NCBI GenBank assembly: GCA_051866635.1
Contig: JBJDXJ010000014.1
Location: forward strand, 1-64,000
Direction: 5' to 3'
Origin: Clostridia bacterium
GTDB lineage: Bacteria; Bacillota; Clostridia; UMGS1883
DNA length: 64,000 nt
Shown piece after piece: positions 1-9,400 of the stretch. The notes beneath the pieces were generated by a model. That model was not told where the DNA came from. It saw nothing but the letters and a program-made list of their open reading frames with translations, and ran no database searches. A program made the translations under genes and the position numbers. Numbering within the stretch: the first letter of the stretch is position 1; each line of letters begins with the position of its first letter.

Positions 1-1
1 T

Positions 2-424
2 ACGGTAAATGGTGAAAGCGTTGACTTACAGAGTACAAATCTTTCAACGTATATGTATGAGGAAAACGGAAATACCATGGTTCCTGTCAGGGCAGTTGCG
101 GAAAAAATGGGATATGAAGTAAACTGGAATGGCGAAGATATGTCAGTTACAGTTGAAAGTGACACTTGGAAAGTCGTGATGTATATCGGTGTTGATAATT
201 ATTTTGGGGTAACAAAAATAAAAGATGCGGTGGGAATGAGTGCTCCTCAAAGTTATAATGCCTCGCCTTGTTTAATTGAAGATACAACCTTTGTTCCGGC
301 AAAAATGTTTGAACTGATGGGATATAGCTATAGTGCGGTAGGACAGTTTGTAAATTTTGAAGACAGAAATGCTTCCACACAAATTGCAAACCCCGTTGTT
401 CCTATTGCAGAAAGCGTAAAATAA
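2..424 (+). CDS. Copper amine oxidase N-terminal (stalk) domain protein, 5' end outside window
   Basis: Frame is open from the window start; 'TMVPVRAVAEKMGYEVNWN...TTFVPAKMF' is typical of CAO N-terminal domains. Confidence 0.75.
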   Translation, partial: TVNGESVDLQSTNLSTYMYEENGNTMVPVRAVAEKMGYEVNWNGEDMSVTVESDTWKVVMYIGVDNYFGVTKIKDAVGMSAPQSYNASPCLIEDTTFVPAKMFELMGYSYSAVGQFVNFEDRNASTQIANPVVPIAESVK

Positions 425-440
425 AAATGACTGAAAAACG

Positions 441-602
441 AGGCTGTAAAAAAAGTCTCTAAAGAAATAAGTTAAGACCATTTGGGACAGTCCTCCTTAT
501 GGCAAATTGGGAGACAATTTGCCAAAGAAACCTCTAAAGGTTTTGTTGGGACAGTCCCGAAATGGTCTTTTTGTTATCTCAGAGCCACTTTTTTTACAGC
601 CT
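441..602 (+). repeat. Repeat family A copy 1 (MITE-like, 162 bp)
   Basis: Perfect 16-bp terminal IR AGGCTGTAAAAAAAGT/ACTTTTTTTACAGCCT, nested IRs, near-identical to 1712-1871 and to 11675-11829 (reverse). Confidence 0.9.
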
Positions 603-620
603 GTTTTTTTGTTTGTTTTT

Positions 621-947
621 TTACCCAATTAAACGGCACATTACCATGAAAAGCAGTGTGCTGACACCAATGCTTAACAATGTGTTTCTTTTCCAAGTGT
701 GCAGTAGCATTGCAACCCCTACGCATATAATCTCCGGCAAACCGTGATTTGTGCTTAAAAGGTCGATGTTCCTCAGGCAATATACCAAAAGCATACTCAT
801 TACAGCAGGGGGCAAAACCTTGCCTAAATAAGAAATCCAATTTGGCAGTTTTTCGCCACGGTCAAAAACAATAAAGGGCAGAAACCGTAACAGCATTGTC
901 ACAACTGCCATTACTGCAATCACCAAAATTACATGTTGGTTATTCAT
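621..947 (-). CDS. azlD: AzlD-family branched-chain amino acid exporter small subunit
   Basis: 108-aa hydrophobic protein 'LRFLPF...YLGKVLPPAVMSMLLVY', overlaps the end of azlC. Confidence 0.9.
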   Translation of the reverse strand: MNNQHVILVIAVMAVVTMLLRFLPFIVFDRGEKLPNWISYLGKVLPPAVMSMLLVYCLRNIDLLSTNHGLPEIICVGVAMLLHTWKRNTLLSIGVSTLLFMVMCRLIG

Positions 948-1632
948 TGGCTTCCTCCTCTTTTAAAGTATTCTGCATACACATAAGGAACACCGACATT
1001 ACGATAAGTGCCGGAATCAAAAAGCTATCGGAACCGAACACAAAAAGTGCAATAACTGTTATAGCAAAACCTGATATTGCGGGAATGTGGTTCTTATGTG
1101 ATTTCCACTGTTCAACAACCAATACGGCAAAAAGAGCAGTCATGGCAAAATCAATCCCCGTTGTATCAAAGGGGATTATACCCCCTGCCACAGAACCAAG
1201 AAGGCATCCTGTAACCCAATATGCTTGATTCATTAATGTTACCGCAAAATAATAGTCTTTATCCTTTAAGCCTTCAGGGGTTTTGTACCCTGTCAGAAGT
1301 GCATATGTTTCATCGGTAAGCCCGAATATGAGATACAGCTTTCTTATTCCTGTTTTGCGGTATTTCTCTATCATTGACAAGCCGTAAAAAAGATGGCGGA
1401 AATTCAACAGTAAAGTCAAAAGTGCAACCTGTGGAAGGCTTGCACCTGCCGACAGTAATTCTACCGCCAGAAACTGAGCCGAACCGGCATATATAAATAT
1501 GCTCATCAATAACGCCCAGAGTGGTCCGTAGCCAATAGACTGTAAAAGCAATCCGAATGCAATGCCCAAAGATATGTACCCTGCCATAACAGGTATGGTT
1601 TGGGGGAATACTTGTTTTAATAACTTTTTCAT
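940..1632 (-). CDS. azlC: AzlC-family branched-chain amino acid exporter permease
   Basis: 'TIPVMAGY...YAGSAQF...NFRHLFYGLS...FGLTDETY'; ATG at 1632 with GGAG RBS. Confidence 0.92.
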   Translation of the reverse strand: MKKLLKQVFPQTIPVMAGYISLGIAFGLLLQSIGYGPLWALLMSIFIYAGSAQFLAVELLSAGASLPQVALLTLLLNFRHLFYGLSMIEKYRKTGIRKLYLIFGLTDETYALLTGYKTPEGLKDKDYYFAVTLMNQAYWVTGCLLGSVAGGIIPFDTTGIDFAMTALFAVLVVEQWKSHKNHIPAISGFAITVIALFVFGSDSFLIPALIVMSVFLMCMQNTLKEEEANE

Positions 1633-1711
1633 AAAGGACATCTCCAATAATGTTCATTTGCATTTTTACAGCTATTATAATTCTTTTTATAATTTGTGTC
1701 AATACAGAAAA

Positions 1712-1871
1712 AGGCTGTAAAAAAGTCTCTAATAAATAATTTAAGACCATTTGGGACAGTCACCCTTATGGCAAATTGGGAGACAATTTGCCAAAAAAAC
1801 CTCTAAAGGTTTTGTTGGGACAGTCCCGAAATGGTCTTTTTGTTATCTCAGAGCCACTTTTTTTACAGCCT
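1712..1871 (+). repeat. Repeat family A copy 2
   Basis: Direct repeat of 441-602 with a few substitutions and indels. Confidence 0.9.
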
Positions 1872-1890
1872 ATTTCAAATTATATTTTCT

Positions 1891-2940
1891 TTATTTAATA
1901 ATAACTTCAATTGCGTAAGACTGGGGAGGAATACTCATTGTTGCGGCGTTGGAGTGCATAACTTCTACTTCCATATCCTTTTCAATGTCAAAAAGTGTGT
2001 AGAGCCTCTTATTTACTGCATGGTGGAAAAATGTTTCTTCGTCACAGTTAAAACGGTATCCTCCGTTTTCTGTTTCAATAACAAAGAAGTCTTCGCCAAT
2101 TTCTGTAACCTTACCTGTGGAAGTAACGCTTTCCACACCGATACCTTCTTCGTTGTCTGTGAATATAACTTCATATGCAGTAACCTGAGGAGGAATAGAA
2201 GCTGTCATTACTTGAGAAAAATCAATCTTAAGTGTAGTGCCTATTTCAACATCTTCAATTGTGTAAAGTCTTCTGTTCTTTTCGTGGTGGAAAAATGTTT
2301 CTTCGTTAACTCTGAACATTACTTCGCCCATTGTTTCATTCTTTGCAAGGATGTAGTTTTCGCCCTTTTCTGTTACGGTAAATGCCTGAAGTGCTTCTTT
2401 TTCTTCAACGTTTGCTTCAGAATTTAAAAATACAACTTCCTTTGCATATGTCTGGGGAGGAAGGCTTCTTGTCATAGCTTCGCTGTAATAAACCTTAACC
2501 AAAGAACCTACTGTAATATCCTCTGCTGTGTAAAGCATTTTGTTAACTTCGTGATGGAAGAATGTGTTTTCGTCAATTAAAAACTTAACTTCGCCCATCT
2601 TTTCTGTGTTTGCAATAAAGTAGCCTTCGCCTGTTTCTGTAACTGTTGCCTTACTTGAAAGCTCTTCTCTTGTGCACTGTTCAATAATGCTCTTTGCAAA
2701 TTCTTCTGTTGCAAATGTCTTGTCGTAGTCAAGGAAAATGTTTTCGCCAACTTTTTCACAGTGCTTAAAGCTACCCTTTTCAAGTGTTACGCACTTATTT
2801 TCCTGGTCCCAGGAAATTGAAAAGCCTGCTTTTTCAAAAGTATCTCTTACGGGAACAGAATATGATTTTGCCATAGCTGTTGTGGAAAAAAGTGTTGCTG
2901 CACAAAGGCAGAGCGCTGTTGTTTTTAAAATTTTGTTCAT
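1891..2940 (-). CDS. Secreted protein with CAO-N-like segment and three ~80-aa internal repeats ending in 'T.S.PPQ..A'
   Basis: Signal peptide; three repeats of 'E.TFFHH..N..LYT..D...G....' and 'MTRSLPPQTYA/MTASIPPQVTA/TMSIPPQSYA'. Confidence 0.7.
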   Translation of the reverse strand: MNKILKTTALCLCAATLFSTTAMAKSYSVPVRDTFEKAGFSISWDQENKCVTLEKGSFKHCEKVGENIFLDYDKTFATEEFAKSIIEQCTREELSSKATVTETGEGYFIANTEKMGEVKFLIDENTFFHHEVNKMLYTAEDITVGSLVKVYYSEAMTRSLPPQTYAKEVVFLNSEANVEEKEALQAFTVTEKGENYILAKNETMGEVMFRVNEETFFHHEKNRRLYTIEDVEIGTTLKIDFSQVMTASIPPQVTAYEVIFTDNEEGIGVESVTSTGKVTEIGEDFFVIETENGGYRFNCDEETFFHHAVNKRLYTLFDIEKDMEVEVMHSNAATMSIPPQSYAIEVIIK

Positions 2941-3182
2941 AGTGGTAATTCCTTTCAAATGTAAAATATATATGTAACAGGGCTGTTGTCTTCTATGTAC
3001 GGTATTTGGAGGAGGACCGAACAGAGGGCAACCGAAAGAACCTATATTTTAGATTCAAATTCCCTGCTTTGTAAGGGGTTTTCAACCGCCTTTCACTTAT
3101 AATACTTTCAAGACAGCAGAAAAGTTGCATCAGATTTAAAAAATTTTAAAAAATGTTTTTTCCTTAATCTTCCTAGTTTATA

Positions 3183-3235
3183 TTGACAAGTTGGAATTTA
3201 TATGATATAAAGTATTCAGCACACAGTGTGCTGAA
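3183..3235 (+). promoter_or_regulatory. Sigma-A promoter with TetR-type operator
   Basis: TTGACA(3183)-17-TATAAA(3206) with TG extension; perfect palindrome TTCAGCACAC-A-GTGTGCTGAA at 3215-3235. Confidence 0.75.
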
Positions 3236-3248
3236 ACGGGGTAGAAAA

Positions 3249-3818
3249 ATGAGCGAACTGATAAAAGACCATATTTCAGAGGAAATTATATCGCTTTGTG
3301 AAGATATTGTACTGAAAGAGGGCACAAAAAATATTAATGTACGCCGTGTAATAACTGCCATGGGTGTTACGAACCGTGTTTTTTATAACCGCTTTCACAA
3401 TATCGAAGAAGTGTTAGAGTGCATATACTACAAAAATATGGTAACTATGCAACACAGCTTGTCTTCCGAAAAGAATATAGAAGAGGATTTTTTCGGTTAC
3501 GTTACTGATGTTGCACTTAATGCACTTTTGAATACTTATGACGTAAAGCAAAGATTTTGTCAGTATATGTTTGAATTTGAATCATATACAAATACCTACT
3601 GTAATTGGTGGATTGAGAAAATCAAAGATGTTATTGAAACTGCAAAAAGGACAGAGCAAATAAAAAAAGACATCGATTCGGAAATGCTAAGCTATGCACT
3701 GTGGTGTTTTTTGCACGGATTTAACACAGATGCGGTAAACCGCAATGTTCCAAAAAGTGATGCGGTAAAAAGTCTTAAGTTCGGTTTGGAATGTCTTTTC
3801 TACGGCGTTAAAAATTGA
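3249..3818 (+). CDS. TetR/AcrR family transcriptional regulator
   Basis: N-terminal HTH 'INVRRVITAMGVTNRVFYNRFHNIEEV'; ATG at 3249 lies after the promoter and operator. Confidence 0.85.
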   Translation: MSELIKDHISEEIISLCEDIVLKEGTKNINVRRVITAMGVTNRVFYNRFHNIEEVLECIYYKNMVTMQHSLSSEKNIEEDFFGYVTDVALNALLNTYDVKQRFCQYMFEFESYTNTYCNWWIEKIKDVIETAKRTEQIKKDIDSEMLSYALWCFLHGFNTDAVNRNVPKSDAVKSLKFGLECLFYGVKN

Positions 3819-3836
3819 TTATAAAGGAGTTAAATT

Positions 3837-4685
3837 ATGTTAAGAATTATAACTGATTCAGCGGCAGATTTTGAAGCTCACCAGATTGAAAGAAACAAGA
3901 TAGAAATAATCCCTCTTTCCATTATTTTCGGAGATGAGGAATATAAAGAAAATATAAATATAACAAAGGATGAGTTTTACGAAAAGCTTATGAATAATCC
4001 CAACCATCCTACAACAAGCCAACCTACAGTTGAAGACTTTTTAACTGTTTTTGAAGATGCAAAGGAAAAGGGCGACGAAATTTTAGGTCTTTTCATTTCC
4101 TCCAAGTTAAGCGGAACATTCCAGGGTGCAATGCTTGCGGCAAAGCTTTCGGAAATTGACGAAGATAAGTTTTATTTTGTTGACACCCTTTCTGCAACCT
4201 GCGGTGAAAGAGTTTTGGTTGACTATGCTGTAAAACTTCGTGATGAGGGGAAAAGCCTTCGTGAAATAGGCAAAGAAATTGACAGAATAAAGGAAAAACT
4301 TAATATTTACGCCGCTGTTGATACACTGGAATATCTTAAGCGTGGTGGAAGAATTTCTGCCACTGCCGCCGCAATCGGAAGTTTGGCTAACCTTAAGCCC
4401 ATTATCCACGTGGGAAATGAAGGCATCGTTGAAACTACCGCAAAGGCAATGGGCGTTAAAAAAGCCCTTTCCACAATACTTAAACAACTTGAAGATAAAA
4501 AGCCTTCAAAAGATATGCCTATGTATCTTGTATATTCCTATGATAAGACAAATGTACTTTTGTTAAAAGAAAGCCTTGAAAAGTTAGGCTACGAAATAGA
4601 CGAGGACAGAATTACACCCATCGGTGCCGCCATCGGCACACATGTTGGCCCCGGTGCATTTGGCGTTGTGTACATAGCAGAATGA
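3837..4685 (+). CDS. DegV family fatty-acid binding protein (FakB-like)
   Basis: 'IITDSAAD', 'TTSQP', 'ISSKLSGT', 'LEYLKRGGRI', 'IGTHVGPG'. Confidence 0.95.
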   Translation: MLRIITDSAADFEAHQIERNKIEIIPLSIIFGDEEYKENINITKDEFYEKLMNNPNHPTTSQPTVEDFLTVFEDAKEKGDEILGLFISSKLSGTFQGAMLAAKLSEIDEDKFYFVDTLSATCGERVLVDYAVKLRDEGKSLREIGKEIDRIKEKLNIYAAVDTLEYLKRGGRISATAAAIGSLANLKPIIHVGNEGIVETTAKAMGVKKALSTILKQLEDKKPSKDMPMYLVYSYDKTNVLLLKESLEKLGYEIDEDRITPIGAAIGTHVGPGAFGVVYIAE

Positions 4686-4703
4686 TTGTGCTTCGTAAAT
4701 AAA

Positions 4704-4772
4704 GAGGGAATAGTGAAGAGGTAAGAGAGAATGAGGATTTTCGTATAAGTCGAAAATCCTCATTCTCTCTTA
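4704..4772. repeat. Repeat family D: heptamer run plus 22-bp hairpin, probable bidirectional terminator
   Basis: GAGGGAA TAGTGAA GAGGTAA GAGAGAA; stem 4722-4743/4751-4772 with TTTTCG..CGAAAA core, between convergent genes. Confidence 0.65.
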
Positions 4773-5759
4773 ATTTGATATTATATATTCCAATGCACAC
4801 CATGGGTCCATAATCCCCATTTTAATATTTCTGTCGCCTTCGGTTAAAAGGGAAATAAGCTTTTCAATATTTTCAATTGATATTTTTGAAGCCTTTGACA
4901 TGATTTTTTCTGCGGCATAGGGATTACGGCTGACCATCTTTTTTATTTCAGCGGTGCTGATTTTCTGTGTCATGAGAACCTTTGCCTTGTATATGTCAAT
5001 AGCCTGGCTTGCCAGCCTTTCAAGGATTGAAACGGCTTCGTTTCCCATCTCTTTAAGATTTGCCAAGGTGTTAAATGCAACTTCACGCCGTGATAAAAAA
5101 ACTGCATCCATAAGCGTATAAATGCTTTCTTCAAAAACATTTATAATAACAGAGTCTATATCATTTCGTGAAATAACAAAATCCTCAGCTCTTGCGGAAA
5201 TTTTTTCGATTTCACTTTTTAAAAGGGTCATGCTTCTGCCAAGGTTTTTTATAATATATGAAGCATCCCTTTCCCCAAGGCTTTTCCCCTTTACTGCCGC
5301 CGCCTTCATCAGCCATTTTATAAGCCTGTTTTCGGGCAGATATTCAAAATTTACCGTTACCGCCTTTGACTTCACTGCCTGCTCAACAACAGAGCCTTTT
5401 TTATTTTTGCCTGACTCCTTATCACGTACTATACATACCACATATTCGGGCAGATTTGAAAAAATTGACTCCCACTTGCTTTTTTCAGGAAGGGAGGCAG
5501 AAAAAAGATTGCAGTTATTGAAAATTACAAGCTTTCTGTCGCTCATCAAAGGCAGTGCGTTAATAAAAGAATCTGCTTCTTCTGCTGTGGGGACTTCAAT
5601 GTAGCATTTGTAGTTAAAGTCTTCAAAAGATGGGTCTATCAATGCATTTTTGGACTCAGACAGACAGAAACTTTGTAAAAAATCCTCCTCTCCGGTGAAA
5701 AAATAGAGAGGAGTTGTGTCTTTAGTTTTTAAAACATTGCGAAATTCGTCGTATGTCAT
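4770..5759 (-). CDS. holA: DNA polymerase III subunit delta
   Basis: 'PLYFFTGEEDFL', 'LPLMSDRKLVI', 'SEIEKI', 'DRNIKMG'. Confidence 0.9.
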   Translation of the reverse strand: MTYDEFRNVLKTKDTTPLYFFTGEEDFLQSFCLSESKNALIDPSFEDFNYKCYIEVPTAEEADSFINALPLMSDRKLVIFNNCNLFSASLPEKSKWESIFSNLPEYVVCIVRDKESGKNKKGSVVEQAVKSKAVTVNFEYLPENRLIKWLMKAAAVKGKSLGERDASYIIKNLGRSMTLLKSEIEKISARAEDFVISRNDIDSVIINVFEESIYTLMDAVFLSRREVAFNTLANLKEMGNEAVSILERLASQAIDIYKAKVLMTQKISTAEIKKMVSRNPYAAEKIMSKASKISIENIEKLISLLTEGDRNIKMGIMDPWCALEYIISN

Positions 5760-5763
5760 TTAA

Positions 5764-6942
5764 TCATTCCTTTGAAAAATAATCCAAAGTTGCCTGTGCA
5801 AGGCATGTGGCGGCAACCTTTAAACAGCCCTCGTCAATTGTAAAGGAGGGGTGATGTATGGGGTAGATTGCATTTTCCGCCTCGTTTCTGCAACCAATAT
5901 GCACATATGCAGATGGAACAGATGCGGCAAAATATGAAAAATCGTCCCCTGCCATGGAAACTGTATGCGTTTCAATAACATTCTCTTCCCCTACAATTTT
6001 TTTTGCAGACTGTGCAAAAAGCTCTGTAACAGTGTCATCATTTATAAGGGCAGGGTACAAGGGGATATATTTATAATCATACTGTGCGTTGAATGTGTCG
6101 CAAACTTCCTTTGTAACACATTCAATAAGCCTTATAACTTCCTCACGGCTCTGGCGTGTAAAGGTGCGGGCAGTGCCTGTCAATTTAACGCAGGCGGGTA
6201 TAACGTTGGGGCAATTTCCCCCTTCGACGGTGCAAACAGAAACAACCCTTGGAACATTCGGGTCCGTAAGCGAGGTAAGACGAGATGTAACAGAGCTTGC
6301 CACCAGGATGGGGTTAATGCACTTTTCAGGGTAGGCACCGTGACCGCCTACGCCTTTTATCACAATTTCAAAATTGTCCGGGGAGGACATAAGGGGTCCT
6401 TTTTTGTAAACAACCTTTCCGGTTTCGTATTCACTCATAACGTGACAGCCAAGGCAGATATCAACATTTGGATTTTCCAAAACCCCTTCCTCAATCATAA
6501 TTTCCGCACCGCCGTCACCTTCCTCTGCCGGCTGGAAGAAAATTTTTACACAGCCCTTGAAAGAGTGGCGGAGTTCATTTAAAATAAAAGCAGTATAAAG
6601 TGCAATGGTAATATGCCCGTCATGTCCGCAAGCGTGCATCATACCTTCATGCTCTGAGGAAAAGGGAAGATTTGTTTCCTCCTGTATTGGAAGGGCATCA
6701 ATATCGGCACGGATGCCCACGCATTTGCCTGTATCGGAACCTTTGATTGTGGCAACAATGCCTGTGCCACCTGCAAAGCCCCTTTGGTAGGGAATGGACA
6801 AGGTGTCAAGCATGGACGAGATATATCCGGCTGTTTTAAATTCTTGAAACTGAATTTCCGGAATACGGTGAAGCATACGCCTTGTTTCAATGGCGGTCTG
6901 TTCAAAGCTGTCCCCCAATGCTTTAATTTCCTTAGTAAGCAT
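5764..6942 (-). CDS. M20D family amidohydrolase
   Basis: 'RRMLHRIPE', 'RADIDALP', 'MHACGHDGH', 'FQPAEEG', 'HHPSF'. Confidence 0.93.
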   Translation of the reverse strand: MLTKEIKALGDSFEQTAIETRRMLHRIPEIQFQEFKTAGYISSMLDTLSIPYQRGFAGGTGIVATIKGSDTGKCVGIRADIDALPIQEETNLPFSSEHEGMMHACGHDGHITIALYTAFILNELRHSFKGCVKIFFQPAEEGDGGAEIMIEEGVLENPNVDICLGCHVMSEYETGKVVYKKGPLMSSPDNFEIVIKGVGGHGAYPEKCINPILVASSVTSRLTSLTDPNVPRVVSVCTVEGGNCPNVIPACVKLTGTARTFTRQSREEVIRLIECVTKEVCDTFNAQYDYKYIPLYPALINDDTVTELFAQSAKKIVGEENVIETHTVSMAGDDFSYFAASVPSAYVHIGCRNEAENAIYPIHHPSFTIDEGCLKVAATCLAQATLDYFSKE

Positions 6943-7019
6943 TAAAATCCCCCCGGTGAAAAATAGATAAGTTCATTATATCATATTTTCTTAATCTTGT
7001 AAAGGAGTTAATATTTCAT

Positions 7020-7742
7020 ATGAAGTTCGTTGAAATTCCCTATTTGCCGCAGAAAAAAGCGTTGTATGCAGTTGGTGATATTAAAGATAACACATCTTTG
7101 GTTATACCGCCCTATGAAAATAAAAGGGTGCACCCCTCATTGACAAAGCATACCGATTTAACCTTTTGTTATCTGGGGCAAGGTATAGCAGTATGCGAAA
7201 GGGAAAGCTATAATTACTATAAAGAAAAGCTTGAAAAGTTTAACATGACCTTAATTGAAGGTGAGAAAACCCTTGACATGCACTACCCTTCTGATGCGGC
7301 ATATAATGTAGCGATAGTGGGGAAGAAAATTTTTTGTAAAAAGAGCATTACAGACCCTGTTCTTATGCGAGAGGCAGAAAAGATGGGGTATAAGATTGTA
7401 AATATTAACCAAGGGTACGGGAAATGCTCTGTCTGTCCTGTTAGCGAAAATGCGGCAATAAGCGGTGATGTGTCCTTTGCAAGAGCCGCCGAAAGAGAAG
7501 GGGTAGAGGTTCTTTTAATTACAAATAAAGGCATTTTACTTCAAGGCTTTGACAACGGCTTTTTCGGCGGATGTGCATATATGAAGGATAAAAACACCAT
7601 TGCCTTTAACGGCGATATAACAAAGCATCCCGATTATGAAAAAATAAAAAATTTCCTTAAAAGTAAGGAAATTGAAATTGAAAATACGTCCAAAGCTACA
7701 CTTTACGATTTCGGCTCCTTTTCACCTATAATTGAAGAATAA
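7020..7742 (+). CDS. Conserved clostridial protein (DUF6873-like, GME/pentein fold)
   Basis: 'H.D', 'YPSDAAYN', 'QGYGKCS', 'GFFGG', 'DFGS' pattern. Confidence 0.7.
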   Translation: MKFVEIPYLPQKKALYAVGDIKDNTSLVIPPYENKRVHPSLTKHTDLTFCYLGQGIAVCERESYNYYKEKLEKFNMTLIEGEKTLDMHYPSDAAYNVAIVGKKIFCKKSITDPVLMREAEKMGYKIVNINQGYGKCSVCPVSENAAISGDVSFARAAEREGVEVLLITNKGILLQGFDNGFFGGCAYMKDKNTIAFNGDITKHPDYEKIKNFLKSKEIEIENTSKATLYDFGSFSPIIEE

Positions 7743-8478
7743 AAATGTCTATGACAGCAAAGTATGTATTTCGGAGGTGACTTACACGAGATATAATACT
7801 CTCTATACTGTCACAGAAGATGAAAGAAGAAAAATGACCGAGGAAATAACGGACATTATAATGGAGGAATACGAAAGTCAGCTTATTGATTATTTTATAA
7901 AAACGACTTATCCTTTTTTGGATGAAAATGAAAAAACCATTGTAAAAGACTACGCCATGGAGGAAAGAAAAGAAAACTACCACGAACGGCGGAAAATGGT
8001 AAAGGGTGCTGTGTGGGAATTCCTTAGGGAAAACAGGGAAATTGTCCCCAAAGGGTTTGTGGACTTTCGCCTTCGTGAAATGTATAAATATGCGGAGAAA
8101 TTTGTGTTTTTAGGTGCGGAACGGTTTTTTAACCAAAAGGAATATGAGGAATTTATAAACCTTCTTTCCCTGTTTATTGAAGAAAGAGAACCTAAAGAAA
8201 AGCTGTTGCACGTGATATGGGATAAAGGCGTTGTTCGGCTTTTAAATAAACGGGGCAGAGATGTAACGGAAAAATATCAGGCGGAATTTATAAATGCCGC
8301 AAAAGAATGTGATGCCAAAAGCGAAGATTTAGCAGTTTCAGCCATAATATCCGTTGCACCGGAAAAGGTGGTTCTGCACCTGCCGCCGGAAGCATCGCCA
8401 CTGTCTTCCACATTAAAGAAAATTTTTAAAGAAAATGCATATGTATGTACAGGATGTAATATGTGTAAAAGAAGTTGA
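7732..8478 (+). CDS. YtxC-like putative sporulation protein
   Basis: 'GFVDFRL', 'EYEEFINLL', 'IISVAPEKVVLH', C-terminal CxxCxxC; start uncertain. Confidence 0.75.
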   Translation: MKNKNVYDSKVCISEVTYTRYNTLYTVTEDERRKMTEEITDIIMEEYESQLIDYFIKTTYPFLDENEKTIVKDYAMEERKENYHERRKMVKGAVWEFLRENREIVPKGFVDFRLREMYKYAEKFVFLGAERFFNQKEYEEFINLLSLFIEEREPKEKLLHVIWDKGVVRLLNKRGRDVTEKYQAEFINAAKECDAKSEDLAVSAIISVAPEKVVLHLPPEASPLSSTLKKIFKENAYVCTGCNMCKRS

Positions 8479-8536
8479 AATTTACAAACAAGTAGCGTAT
8501 AATTAATCTATAAAACAAATGAGAGGCGTTGAGCTT

Positions 8537-9400
8537 ATGAAAGCATACCTTGTTACAAACCATTACCTTAACAGTGAAAAATATCTTGAAATGAATTCAT
8601 TACTGTGTCTCAGTGCCTCGAAAAATAATATTGATTTACAGGTGAAAACAAATGCCGACCTTTTAAAAACCATTGTTTTGGGCGGTGCTGACAGTTTTGA
8701 AAAGGTTGATTTTGTGCTGTTCTGGGATAAGGATATTACACTTTGCTGTATGCTTGAGGAAATGGGAATAAAGGTCTTTAACTCCTCCAATGCAATAGCG
8801 GTATGCGACAACAAGGGCATGACCCATACGATACTTCAAAAAAGCGGTATCAAAATGCCGAAAACACTTGTTGCACCCTTGGCTTTTTCAAAAACTGACA
8901 TGTCCTCCTTCGTAAAGGAAGCGGGGAAACAATTAGGCTACCCTATTATAATAAAGGAAAGCTGTAGCTCCTTCGGCATGGGCGTTTATAAGGCAATGGA
9001 CTATTACGATGCGGTGGAAATTGCAAACAGCATTTCCCCAAATCAGATGATTTTTCAGGAATATATTGAATGTTCTAAAGGACGGGACGTACGTCTTAAT
9101 GTGGTGGGCGATAAGGTTGTTGCCGCTATGGAAAGGTTTAACGAAAATGACTTCCGTGCAAATATTACAAACGGCGGCAAAATGAAAAAATACACCCCCA
9201 CAAAGGAAGAATGTGAAATTGCCGTAAAGGCGTGCAAGGTGCTGGGGGTTGACTTTGGCGGCGTTGACCTTTTGTTTTCACCTTCAGGACCTATTCTTTG
9301 CGAGGTCAATTCCAACGCCCATGTAAAGAACATTTTAGATTGTACGGGTATTAATGTGGCTGACGAAATATTTAAATATATAAAGGAAAAACTTAAATGA
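8537..9400 (+). CDS. RimK/LysX-family ATP-grasp ligase
   Basis: 'IAVCDNK', 'YPIIIK', 'QEYI...GRDVR', 'DFRAN', 'GVDLL', 'CEVNSN'. Confidence 0.9.
   Translation: MKAYLVTNHYLNSEKYLEMNSLLCLSASKNNIDLQVKTNADLLKTIVLGGADSFEKVDFVLFWDKDITLCCMLEEMGIKVFNSSNAIAVCDNKGMTHTILQKSGIKMPKTLVAPLAFSKTDMSSFVKEAGKQLGYPIIIKESCSSFGMGVYKAMDYYDAVEIANSISPNQMIFQEYIECSKGRDVRLNVVGDKVVAAMERFNENDFRANITNGGKMKKYTPTKEECEIAVKACKVLGVDFGGVDLLFSPSGPILCEVNSNAHVKNILDCTGINVADEIFKYIKEKLK

Noticed and set aside
562-2427. ORFs 562-747 and 1831-2427 share the N-terminus MVFLLSQSHFFYSLF
   Set aside because: Both start inside repeat family A and run antisense to real genes
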